Source: a virus
IMG/VR virus record: IMGVR_UViG_3300032285_001316
Location: 1 to 64,000 of that record
Reading direction: 5' to 3' (one strand)
Length of the DNA stretch: 64,000 bases
Part shown: one piece after another, positions 46,981 through 55,748 of the stretch
Numbering within the stretch: position 1 is the stretch's first letter
Layout of the letters: each line of letters starts with the position of its first letter
Made by a program: the position numbers and the translations under genes
The notes under the pieces: generated by a model
Told to the model about the DNA's origin: nothing
What the model saw: the letters and a program-made list of their open reading frames with translations, nothing else
The model's database searches: none

Positions 46981-48930
46981 CTACACGCCAGCGTTGATTA
47001 GGTTGCGCTTGATGCCAAGGTTGACGATGCCACGACCAAGTGCGAACAGGTCATTGGTATCAGTGATGTGTACGGCTACCTCGCATCCGTGAGTATCTAC
47101 GGGAGTATCATCATTGTGATACGTTTCTCGTGGGTCAGATACAAAGGCTAGTGCGGTAAGCACACCAGCACGACGGAACTCTTTGAGTAGCTTGTCACTT
47201 GCTTCGCTGTCACTCCATACACCATCAGTGATAGTGATACAGAGCTTGATAGCACGCTTAGACTCAGCAAGAACATTCTTGGCATACTTGAGCGTTTGTA
47301 GTGGCTCAGTACCACCACGACACCAAGACATGCGTACGTTAGTACTTACTCGCTCCTCAGAGGAGTAAAGGACAAACGGACGGTGGTCATAGGCAAGGAC
47401 TGTAGTACTTGCGTTAGCACGATCAAGGGCACGCTTCATAGCCCACATGGACTCGAACGCTCCCTTGGCCATACCCTGCATAGACCCAGAGATATCTAGC
47501 AGGATGACTGCCTCGATGTCTACGGCATCCTCACGCCCGATATCCCACTCATCGAAGCACTCGTCAAGGTCAGTGCCTGTAACGTAGCGTTGGATGTTGA
47601 GACGCCCGTGCTCAGTACGGCGTAGCCAACCTGGGTCAAACTCTGCTCGCAATCGCTCTAACTCGGTAGCAAAGGACTTGGAAGCCTGTGCTATTTCCTT
47701 AGGAACAACCTCGTCAAAGGTATCGAGACGTGATGGCTTGCCAGCATTGGTAGACGTAAGCTCAGCGTCTGCGTTGTACTGCTTGATTGTCTGGGCAATC
47801 TCACGCGCCTTAGACTGCTTGACCGTGTTGATGATGTCCTTGGCAATATCTGACAGGGACTTGTCACCAGTAGCAGAGCCACTGCCCATGGAGTCAGGCG
47901 TACCATCTTGAGCGCCCTCGTTGCCGTTGGTATCTGCGGATGTTGCGTTATCCTGCTCGATAGCATCAGCCACACGTTCGCTAACCTTCTGCTGTTCTGC
48001 CTTGGACATGGGCTTAGACTTGGAAGCCTTCCACTCACCAGTAGCACGGTGGTCATGACCTGATGGGTCACTTACACGCTTCCACCCACTGTTGTTGTTC
48101 CAACTGTTGTTGTTCCAGTAGTCCGTAGACGTGCTAGGCAACTGGGTGATTAGTGCGTCGTACTTTTGGATAATGTCTAGCGCAACTGCGTAGTTCTTAG
48201 GGTCAGCAAGGTTGAGCACAATGTACTGGTCAATCAAGCTACCAATTTCCTGTACGTGCTGAGGCTGTTCGTACAAGTCAGCTACCTGCTTACGCAATTC
48301 CTTAGGCAAGTACTTGCGCCCATGGAGTAAAGGAAACGCTACATTCCATTGCTCAGGCTCATCCATGATGAACTTAGCGACTGCCGCCTTGAGCCAGTCA
48401 GCTACATTACCGAAACGCTTAGTCATATACATCTCGATACGCTGGTCTTCTAGAGCATTGAACGCCCGCCATAGACCCTGCTTCTGTACATCCTTGGCAA
48501 GGTTGCTACCAGCACGTGGGGTAAGGAGGATGTGGGCAATCTCGTGAAGGCTAAGCCCCTTGATGTTGAGCACGGTGTCGGGGCTGGTGAGATCCTGTAA
48601 CGAGTTCTCGTGAAACCAGATGTTATCGGAGTCTGACCATGCGGGAGCGTCAGGCGTGCCCTGAGCCATCTTGCCCCCCATGTCTACACGGATGGGGCGC
48701 AAGGTAAGAGTGCTAGCGAACTTAGACACAACTTGTAGCATACGTACACGTCTAGCAGTGTCGGGGTCTAGCAGGTCGGTGTTGTAGAACTTAGGCGTGG
48801 AAATGTTTGTGTTGGTAGCATCCTCGCCTACTTGGATGTTGTCGATAGCGTCTACCATGTTCTGCACGTGCTTGTCCTTGGAGGACTGTATCGCAGACAG
48901 GATTGACTGTAGTGCGTCATCAGGGTTCAT
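46981..48930 (-). CDS. VWA-domain protein with HExxH metallopeptidase-like motif (CobT/NorD-like partner)
   Basis: HEIAH, NALEDQRIE, MIDAS DISGSM, GGT, ITDG. Confidence 0.85.
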   Translation of the reverse strand: MNPDDALQSILSAIQSSKDKHVQNMVDAIDNIQVGEDATNTNISTPKFYNTDLLDPDTARRVRMLQVVSKFASTLTLRPIRVDMGGKMAQGTPDAPAWSDSDNIWFHENSLQDLTSPDTVLNIKGLSLHEIAHILLTPRAGSNLAKDVQKQGLWRAFNALEDQRIEMYMTKRFGNVADWLKAAVAKFIMDEPEQWNVAFPLLHGRKYLPKELRKQVADLYEQPQHVQEIGSLIDQYIVLNLADPKNYAVALDIIQKYDALITQLPSTSTDYWNNNSWNNNSGWKRVSDPSGHDHRATGEWKASKSKPMSKAEQQKVSERVADAIEQDNATSADTNGNEGAQDGTPDSMGSGSATGDKSLSDIAKDIINTVKQSKAREIAQTIKQYNADAELTSTNAGKPSRLDTFDEVVPKEIAQASKSFATELERLRAEFDPGWLRRTEHGRLNIQRYVTGTDLDECFDEWDIGREDAVDIEAVILLDISGSMQGMAKGAFESMWAMKRALDRANASTTVLAYDHRPFVLYSSEERVSTNVRMSWCRGGTEPLQTLKYAKNVLAESKRAIKLCITITDGVWSDSEASDKLLKEFRRAGVLTALAFVSDPRETYHNDDTPVDTHGCEVAVHITDTNDLFALGRGIVNLGIKRNLINAGV

Positions 48931-48977
48931 TGTTTGCTCCTTTGTTTGTAGGAGGGGGGCTTGCGCCCCCCACCTGG

Positions 48978-50399
48978 TTAGTTAGTGGAGTACTTACCGA
49001 TGCTAACGCCAAGCTCGTTGGCGATAGTAGGCGCTTCAGCATCAAAGCGCATCTTGATAGCGTCACGCTCACCGTCCATCTTGGGGTAGTTGGACAGGAG
49101 AGAGTTGACCGCGAACTCAAAGTTCAGGCTCGTAGCATGAGACACAAAGTTCTTGAGGATACGAGTGGACATTGGTACAGAGAACTCATCGTTCATCTCG
49201 GATGCTTCACGGATATTGCTAGCAAATCCTAGGAGCGTGAAGGATGGGATGAAGTTACTCTCGATGTTGGTATCGTAGGTGAACTCCAACTTAGTACCGA
49301 AGCGGTCAATCAGCGCGGCATCTTGACGGCTAGTACCTGTGTACCCAATGCCTGTGTTCTGGTCGGCAATGAATAGCACGTCGGGGTGTACCTTGATGAC
49401 CTCATTGAGTGGGTCGATACGCAACTCGCGCTCTTCCAAGAGGCTAAGGAACAACGGAGCAGCCTTAGGAGTCATACGCGTCAACTCGTTGATGAGGATA
49501 ACACTAGGCTGTTGGATTGCCGTAGCCAGTTGGCTGTACTTCCAGCGGGTAGTGTTACCTACGCCTGTCGGTACGAACCTACCCTGTGTAACTGTCTGGT
49601 CAATCTGCTGGGTACATTCGATGGTTACGAATGGCAAGCCCTTGATTGCCGCGTAGTTACGGGCACTCGATGTCTTACCTGTACCAGCATCACCAGTAAG
49701 CAAGACATTGTCTTGCTTGCTACGTGCGTTGTCGTATATCTGCTCCTCAGTAAGTCCAAAGAACTTACGTGTGAAGTAGGGCTTGACATCTGGCACGGTA
49801 AGCACTGCGCCATTCTCTGCGGTGCTGGCAACGATTGTGCTGTAATCCATGTCTGGCTCACTTTCTGTTGTCGGAGGCAATCCCACGGTGGGAAGCTCGT
49901 AGATAGGCTCACTCAAAGGTTGCGAAGCAACCCCCGCGTAAGCGGGCTCTAGTACTACTGGCTGTTCTACGGGAACAGGAACAACCTGAATGCTAGGGCT
50001 TACTACCACTGGGGTAGCAACAAGATACTTAGCAAGTACTGCTGGGTTAGCGATCGCGGCATCCATCACTTCGTCATAGACTTCGTGGAATGGGCGACCA
50101 CTTACCGTATCCATATCCTTTACTGTGCGTACAAGCTTCTGTACTAGCACGGTAGGGGTGATTGGGAACTGAAGCATCTGGTAATCGGCTGGGGTAAGGG
50201 CTACTGACATAGGCACGCCTACGCTATCACCTACGAAGCTCAGCACATCTCCACCAGATAGCTCTCGCCAAGCACCTGCCGTACCCCTAAGCCCCTTACC
50301 ATCACGGGTGAACCTACGGATATTGCCGTCTTGTAGAGGCACAATAACTACCTGCTGAATACCTGTTGGGGTATCTTGCTGAAGGATAGTCGCGAACAT
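48978..50399 (-). CDS. MoxR-type AAA+ ATPase (CbbQ/NorQ/CobS-like)
   Basis: GDAGTGKT, ILINE, DAALIDRF, STR; adjacent to the VWA gene. Confidence 0.88.
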   Translation of the reverse strand: MFATILQQDTPTGIQQVVIVPLQDGNIRRFTRDGKGLRGTAGAWRELSGGDVLSFVGDSVGVPMSVALTPADYQMLQFPITPTVLVQKLVRTVKDMDTVSGRPFHEVYDEVMDAAIANPAVLAKYLVATPVVVSPSIQVVPVPVEQPVVLEPAYAGVASQPLSEPIYELPTVGLPPTTESEPDMDYSTIVASTAENGAVLTVPDVKPYFTRKFFGLTEEQIYDNARSKQDNVLLTGDAGTGKTSSARNYAAIKGLPFVTIECTQQIDQTVTQGRFVPTGVGNTTRWKYSQLATAIQQPSVILINELTRMTPKAAPLFLSLLEERELRIDPLNEVIKVHPDVLFIADQNTGIGYTGTSRQDAALIDRFGTKLEFTYDTNIESNFIPSFTLLGFASNIREASEMNDEFSVPMSTRILKNFVSHATSLNFEFAVNSLLSNYPKMDGERDAIKMRFDAEAPTIANELGVSIGKYSTN

Positions 50400-50686
50400 T
50401 ACTTATCTCCTTTGTTGTTTAGAACAATGCGCTTGTATTGGACATTGTCTGTGTGGTTGTTTACGTACTCGCTATCAAACTCGATGCGACTACTGGGTAG
50501 GTCATTGTCTAACAACCTATCCTCTAAGTACCTGACTAGGTCAAGCACTGCGTAGGGGTCATTACTTGTGTCGAAGTACAGGGCATCTAGTACCGTGTAC
50601 AACTCTCGTGCCGTAAACACTACGTCTACGGTTGTGCTGTCGATGGGGTCTAGAGTCTCTACAACCTCATCATCTATCTCTAACAT
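50399..50686 (-). CDS. Acidic hypothetical protein
   Basis: SD AAGGAG; directly downstream of the hammerhead. Confidence 0.65.
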   Translation of the reverse strand: MLEIDDEVVETLDPIDSTTVDVVFTARELYTVLDALYFDTSNDPYAVLDLVRYLEDRLLDNDLPSSRIEFDSEYVNNHTDNVQYKRIVLNNKGDK

Positions 50687-50698
50687 GGGCTCTCCTTT

Positions 50699-50767
50699 TG
50701 ACTCATCAGGCTAGGCTCTTACCTAGCGACGTGTAGCCCCCACACACAAGGGCTACACGTTTCGTCA
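50699..50767 (-). ncRNA. Type II hammerhead ribozyme
   Basis: Minus strand: UGAC GAAA C GUGUAGCCC-loop-GGGCUACAC GUC^ GCUAGG uaagag CCUAGC CUGAUGA GUCA; full core and three stems. Confidence 0.92.
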
Positions 50768-50782
50768 TCTCCGAAGAGGGGC

Positions 50783-50950
50783 TCAGATAATCTCTGTGCG
50801 TGTCTCGCAGTAATCTACGCAACTAGGGCAGTCAGGGTCACCACAAGGGCAAGGCTCACCGTCTAGGTATGCGTACATCTTTGCGAGTGCTTCATCCTCA
50901 CTGTCTGCTGTGACAGTGTAGGACTCTCCTGTGAGGATTGTGTACTCCAT
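50783..50950 (-). CDS. Small Cys-rich acidic protein
   Basis: MEYTILTGESYTVTADSEDEALAK..CPCGDPDCPSC; SD AAGGAG. Confidence 0.6.
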   Translation of the reverse strand: MEYTILTGESYTVTADSEDEALAKMYAYLDGEPCPCGDPDCPSCVDYCETRTEII

Positions 50951-51104
50951 TACTTACTCCTTAGGTTGAGTAGTACTAGGGCTAGTGCGCTCCCTAGGGC
51001 TACGGCTATGCTGACGGAATTGTTTGTGTTGGCAAGGCTTGCGCCTAGTGCGCTTGTCACGCCTAGCAGGGCGCACATTGTCGCGCCTAGCTTGAGATAC
51101 CTAA

Positions 51105-51356
51105 TCACTTTGCGCTCCAATCAACTTGGTAGTACAAGTCCATGTGTAACTTGTACTCGTACTCTGACTCTTCTTGTGAGTTTGAGTAGGCGTCGTTGAT
51201 TAGCTCCCAACCGTAATTGGCAGACTCATCTTTGACGTAGGTCTGTACTGCGTACCATGAGTCACCGTCGCTCTGGTCTACCAAGATAGTCAGGTAGTAA
51301 TCATCGCTGTACTCGTGTAGTACATTCTCTGTTTCTTCCCAAGTGACTAGGGACAT
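51105..51356 (-). CDS. Acidic, Tyr-rich hypothetical protein
   Basis: SD AAAGGAG. Confidence 0.6.
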   Translation of the reverse strand: MSLVTWEETENVLHEYSDDYYLTILVDQSDGDSWYAVQTYVKDESANYGWELINDAYSNSQEESEYEYKLHMDLYYQVDWSAK

Positions 51357-51763
51357 TGCTTGCTCCTTTGTTATGTGTGTGAGAGTAGGCAGTTTAGACA
51401 CTTGCCTAGGTGCTTCCTTTGATCCAAGGGCGGTCACTTTAACGGCTCGTGCTACGGACGCTCGTCATGATTGCCTAACGCGGTCATAAATCGCGACTAT
51501 TTCAAAGGTCTACTATGAGCCAAGACATCATCACTAGCCCTTGCGGGGGGACTATAGTCTCGTCACTGCGCGCCCTCAGGCATAGTTACCTCTTACCTAT
51601 CGAGAATTACATCTCTCTAGGAAGTTCTTGACGGCTTCACTCTTGGTGAAGTCGAAGTACTGGCAGTGCTCTAGGTAGGCGTGGATACCATCCACTACTA
51701 CGGCTGAACACTCCCAAGCACCTTGAGAGGTACGTCTTACGGATACGTCACTCTTGGTAACCA

Positions 51764-51973
51764 TTAGTCCGTGTACCCTTCTACGAGCGTGCCATCTTCG
51801 GCAAGACTATCTGCGTAGTCTGCTTCTCCTACACGGTAGGCGATAGGGTCGCACAACCTAAGAATTGCGGAAGGCGAAAAGCTTACGTACCCCATCTTGT
51901 AGATTGGGTAAACCTCATCGAGCATCTCTTCGTAAAGCTCAATGAACTTCTCGTGTGTGATTGTTGTTGCCAT
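51764..51973 (-). CDS. Hypothetical protein
   Basis: YEEMLDE..PS.IL...DPIAY pattern; SD AAGGAG. Confidence 0.65.
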   Translation of the reverse strand: MATTITHEKFIELYEEMLDEVYPIYKMGYVSFSPSAILRLCDPIAYRVGEADYADSLAEDGTLVEGYTD

Positions 51974-51983
51974 GAGTATCTCC

Positions 51984-52325
51984 TTAGTTCTTGTGTGTGA
52001 TTAGTGTTAGTACTTCTTCGAGCTTAGAGTCGGATAGACCTAGGTCATCTCCCTCATCATCTACGCCCCCAACTAGGATGGCGTCGCCCATGATGATGTC
52101 TGTCGCCCCAAAGCGCGTTCTAAAGAGCAACGTCGCTAAGAGGTTGAGAGGTAAGCCGTCGAGCTTTCCCTCTTCGTTGACGTACATAGTGAGGTCATCA
52201 TCTAGGCTAACGGCTTCGATGTATCCTCCTACGGCGTCGCTAATGACTCTGTATGAGCCCTCAGGTGCGTCTAGGTCGACTGTCTGTATGCTCTTAGAGG
52301 CTCTGACAATAAGTGCTTTGCGCAT
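51984..52325 (-). CDS. DUF3846-family protein
   Basis: VGGYIEAV..MYVNEEGKL..LP.N..AT..I.GD. Confidence 0.85.
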   Translation of the reverse strand: MRKALIVRASKSIQTVDLDAPEGSYRVISDAVGGYIEAVSLDDDLTMYVNEEGKLDGLPLNLLATLLFRTRFGATDIIMGDAILVGGVDDEGDDLGLSDSKLEEVLTLITHKN

Positions 52326-52585
52326 TAGAGGCTCCTCTCTATGTATTCTGATTGTGCTTTGACTAGACGCTTTAGGGCGCTAATCGTGTCGTGCATTTTC
52401 TCTACGCGATGCTCATAGGCGTTGACTGTTGCCTCTAGGTCTCGCTCTAGGTCTTTCTCCACACTAGAAAGGTTCTCTACTGTGAACTGATGCTCTAGCA
52501 AGTACCTTTCGTAATTGCTAATGTCTTGCGCTTTGTCTGCGAATAGAAGCTCATACTCCCACTCCGCTAATGGCTCTTTGCTCAT
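52325..52585 (-). CDS. Hypothetical coiled-coil protein
   Basis: SD AAAGGAG. Confidence 0.6.
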   Translation of the reverse strand: MSKEPLAEWEYELLFADKAQDISNYERYLLEHQFTVENLSSVEKDLERDLEATVNAYEHRVEKMHDTISALKRLVKAQSEYIERSL

Positions 52586-53027
52586 CTTGCTTTGCTCCTT
52601 TACTCTAGGGCTACCCTAAGGACGCCCAAGCTTGTGGGGGTTCTAGGGGGCGAGAGCCCCCTAAGTCTCTTTCGAGAGGCTTTGTGTGTTATCTAGAGAG
52701 ATAAAGACTTATAGAGAGAGACACACATACGTCTATACACGCTCTCCCTATAAGCCCTCACCTGTTACATATGACATACCCTAAGAGAGTTTCTCTATCG
52801 TGGGGATTCTGTCTTATGCCTGACTTATGTACATACCATGCCTAAGAGTGACTCTCACCCTTGTTAGCCTATGGCGATGTGCTTCCTAAGCCTAGAAACA
52901 CAAAAAGCCCTACAGGCTTACCTGTAAGGCTCTCTCTGATGCTAGTACCTGATACGAGTAAGGGGGGCTAGTCTGCGACCTGGCGGTACACTCGCTTAGC
53001 CCCCCTCTCTCTTAGAGCAGTAGCCTA

Positions 53028-53387
53028 TTAGGCGTTGATCAGCTCTACAATGTCTTCCCAGCCTGCGTTGAGACCGAGACCCTTGATGATGCTAAGGCAT
53101 TCGGTGCTTACCGCGTAGGCAAAGGAGTCTTTCCGTGCCTGCTCACTCTCGTAGGCAGACTTAGGCATACCCTTGAAAGCCTGGTATGCCTGGGCAATCT
53201 GAGGGATAGTGAAGAAACCGCCAAGGCTAGTTACCTCGTATTCGCGCGAGAGAACCTCAGCACGCTTAGCGCGCTTGAAGTCAAGCACGAATGGGCGGAA
53301 CTGGGGCATACCCTCTAGCACGCGTAGTTGTGCGGGCGTAGCGGTTTCGAGGTTGAGTGCGTCGGCGGTAATAACTGAAGTAGACAT
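53028..53387 (-). CDS. Hypothetical protein, first gene of the leftward early block
   Basis: SD AAAGGGG. Confidence 0.65.
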   Translation of the reverse strand: MSTSVITADALNLETATPAQLRVLEGMPQFRPFVLDFKRAKRAEVLSREYEVTSLGGFFTIPQIAQAYQAFKGMPKSAYESEQARKDSFAYAVSTECLSIIKGLGLNAGWEDIVELINA

Positions 53388-53788
53388 ATGTCTACCCCCT
53401 TTCTTATGTGTGTGTTTAGTTGGGGCGAATACCCCTTAGAGCCTAGGTGCGAGACATAAGCCCTAAGGGGAACAGGGTGCGCACGCGCCTTAGAGACACG
53501 CACGCGCCCTGCCCGTGTAAACACACGGAAAGATTACCTAGCCCCGTTAGCGCGTCTCTCACACGCGCCTAGGGGCGTTGCCGTATTAGGGCGGAAACCA
53601 CAGTTGCCGAAGCCCCTGCGTCTAAGACAAACCTAGCCCAAGACCTGCCAAAGTAACCGCACGCTTAGCCAGTAAGCACCAGGTGAGAAACACGGTTGAG
53701 GCCCTCTCAATCTAGGCAGTAGCCTAAATCGGCCACAGTAGCTCAATTAACAGATAGATCGCCCCTACCGATGTGGCAGACTTGATAT

Positions 53789-53920
53789 ATGGACGAGTTT
53801 GACGAGATCATCGAAGTGTCATTTACTGACCGCGAAATCGCCACGCTCAACATGCGCGCCCTCACCTTTGAGGAGTGGAAGGCCATGGTAGAGGGCAACG
53901 GGATCGAATTCGAACCCTAA
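53789..53920 (+). CDS. Small acidic leaderless protein (43 aa)
   Basis: MDEFDEIIEVSFTDREIATLNMRALTFEEWKAMVEGNGIEFEP; TGGCAGACT-6nt-ATG. Confidence 0.55.
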   Translation: MDEFDEIIEVSFTDREIATLNMRALTFEEWKAMVEGNGIEFEP

Positions 53921-53967
53921 GATCGCCCCTGCTATAAACGCTGTGTAGTTATCAAGCTGCTAGTACT

Positions 53968-53996
53968 AATCTAGTCAAAGTGGCTACCTGAGTCAA
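53968..53996 (-). promoter_or_regulatory. SigA/sigma70-type promoter driving the leftward early block
   Basis: Minus strand TTGACT-17nt-TAGATT. Confidence 0.7.
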
Positions 53997-54087
53997 ATTA
54001 GCGGCGCGCGTATAAGCAGGGGCGTTTTAAGGGTAAAAATTGTGTCACAATGGGATGAACATCCCCCCAGGCGAATAGGAAACCGTC

Positions 54088-54201
54088 ATGGCAGCAAAGA
54101 AGTCTCGTGGAGACCGTAACGACAACCGTCCCAGTGGCAAGGCGTCAAAGAAGACCCCTAAGGTATTTGACCCCATTAAGCGTCGTCTCGTAACGAAGTA
54201 A
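54088..54201 (+). CDS. Small basic peptide (37 aa)
   Basis: MAAKKSRGDRNDNRPSGKASKKTPKVFDPIKRRLVTK; SD AGGA. Confidence 0.55.
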   Translation: MAAKKSRGDRNDNRPSGKASKKTPKVFDPIKRRLVTK

Positions 54202-54213
54202 GGGCTCTCGGTA

Positions 54214-54555
54214 ATGACAACCCCAGAAAATACCCCCAAAAGCTCGTGGACACCAGCAGAGTGCGCGCACTGTGGCTATGAGGTAGTACCTGCAGAAGTA
54301 GGTCACGAGATCCACGGTAGTCACTGGGAAGAACCTTCCCCAAATGGTTGGGTACACAACCCCGCCACGGTAGGCAAGCACTGGACAGAGAATTACGACA
54401 CCAAGACTCACGCAGCCATGCCTTACGACGGACGTACAGTAGAGCAGGAGCACGCTGGGGCTGAGGAGTTCCAACGTCAACTGGACGCGACGCACACAAA
54501 AGCGGCCTTCGAACAGATCATGAAGAACAATAACCTAGGGCGACAGTTCGACTAA
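54214..54555 (+). CDS. Hypothetical protein ending NLGRQFD
   Basis: CAHC, His-rich. Confidence 0.65.
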   Translation: MTTPENTPKSSWTPAECAHCGYEVVPAEVGHEIHGSHWEEPSPNGWVHNPATVGKHWTENYDTKTHAAMPYDGRTVEQEHAGAEEFQRQLDATHTKAAFEQIMKNNNLGRQFD

Positions 54556-54908
54556 TGAGCCAAAGAGAAGCCTTTGAGAACGGTAAAGAACACTTTACCT
54601 ATCAGTTCCACCAGGCACCAACGTACGCAGGTACGCACGAAGTAACTGCCCACGACACCAAGGGCAAGAAGGTTGGCTCCCTCACATGGAACGCCAACGA
54701 GATCGAGAACATCGACGTAGCTAAAAAGCATCAGGGCAAGGGTATAGCCGAGAGTATGCTCGTCCATGCTAGGCGTCAAGCAAATGACGAAAAAGCCCCT
54801 GTGCCCTCACACAGCCTCACTCGCACCCGTGCAGGACATGCATTTGCTAAAAAAACTGGCGGCGCAGGAAGCGCCATTCCAGATAAGTACATCACGTTCC
54901 TAGACTAG
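54555..54908 (+). CDS. GNAT-family acetyltransferase
   Basis: Motif A: I.V...HQGKGIA..ML; T.AG.AF. Confidence 0.75.
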   Translation: MSQREAFENGKEHFTYQFHQAPTYAGTHEVTAHDTKGKKVGSLTWNANEIENIDVAKKHQGKGIAESMLVHARRQANDEKAPVPSHSLTRTRAGHAFAKKTGGAGSAIPDKYITFLD

Positions 54909-54952
54909 GTTTCTGGCACACTAGTTAATGGGGAGCTGACTAGTGGAGTGAC

Positions 54953-55189
54953 ATGTCACGCATTCTTGATATCTTCTTGCGTATCTTAGCGGTGTTCAGC
55001 ATTTCGGCCCTTTCTGTAGTTGGAGCTGGTGCGGTCGTGCATGTGGACCCCCTCCAAACGATCTTGATGGCAGGCATTCTTGGTGTAGCCAATGTTCTAG
55101 AAGAACTAGCTCGTAAGTATGTTAATGACGGTCGTTTAAGTGATGACGAGATCAACGAGACGTTTAAAAAGGCTAGCGAGGCCGATTAA
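54953..55189 (+). CDS. Holin-like membrane protein
   Basis: Two TM segments; C-terminal DGRLSDDEIN..F. Confidence 0.6.
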   Translation: MSRILDIFLRILAVFSISALSVVGAGAVVHVDPLQTILMAGILGVANVLEELARKYVNDGRLSDDEINETFKKASEAD

Positions 55190-55226
55190 CCATAAAACGA
55201 GGGTTCTTCCTGGCACACTTGAATCT

Positions 55227-55712
55227 ATGAACAGAAACGAGCACTTTGCTGCGGGAACTGATGACGGTCGGTCGCATGAGGTCCCATACTGGCATTGGGA
55301 TCCTAACGGGGGCTCTGAGGTACGGCACTCTACCTTAGGTAAAACCGTTACAGACGAAGATCGCTGGGTGTTTCAAAACGGTCAGTGCCATGCGTTGGCG
55401 GAGCATCTCCATAAGTCCGAAGGGCACCCTATTTACTCGGTGTCAGAGCACGGCATGTCTGGCAAGCGAGAGGTCACACACTTTGTTAACGCACACAAAG
55501 ATGACCCCAACCTTATTCACGATGCTGATGGTTGGCAAAATATTCAAGATTTTCATGAAAAGTGGGATCCAAGTGGGAACAACCGCGTAATTCTGCGTAA
55601 AGTCAGTTTGAAGGCTATGCAGCAACGTACTGAAAATAACCCAGACTGGCTAGCCCCACACCACGAGGGTGCAGCGGCGTTTTACTCCCGTAGCAACAAG
55701 GGAAATCGTTAA
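55227..55712 (+). CDS. Hypothetical protein with putative Cys-His-Asp triad
   Basis: FQNGQCHALA..THF..HDADG; N-terminal RNEHFAAG; leaderless. Confidence 0.6.
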   Translation: MNRNEHFAAGTDDGRSHEVPYWHWDPNGGSEVRHSTLGKTVTDEDRWVFQNGQCHALAEHLHKSEGHPIYSVSEHGMSGKREVTHFVNAHKDDPNLIHDADGWQNIQDFHEKWDPSGNNRVILRKVSLKAMQQRTENNPDWLAPHHEGAAAFYSRSNKGNR

Positions 55713-55748
55713 CCCTTAACACACTGGTTATTCTGGCACAATTGTTCT

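Noticed and set aside
51428-51455. SAM-SAH or c-di-GMP-II riboswitch resemblance (GGTCAC..AACGGCT)
   Set aside because: Closing strands and core nucleotides are missing, and the SAM-SAH-like match is antisense to the operon.
52959-53006. Twister ribozyme (GCCAGGUCGCAGAC)
   Set aside because: Only a loose P4-like match; the required pseudoknots and flanking stems could not be assigned.
50690-53720. TAG enrichment as evidence of amber stop-codon recoding
   Set aside because: Genes translate normally with code 11 and several end in TAG; the TAGs are out of frame or antisense.
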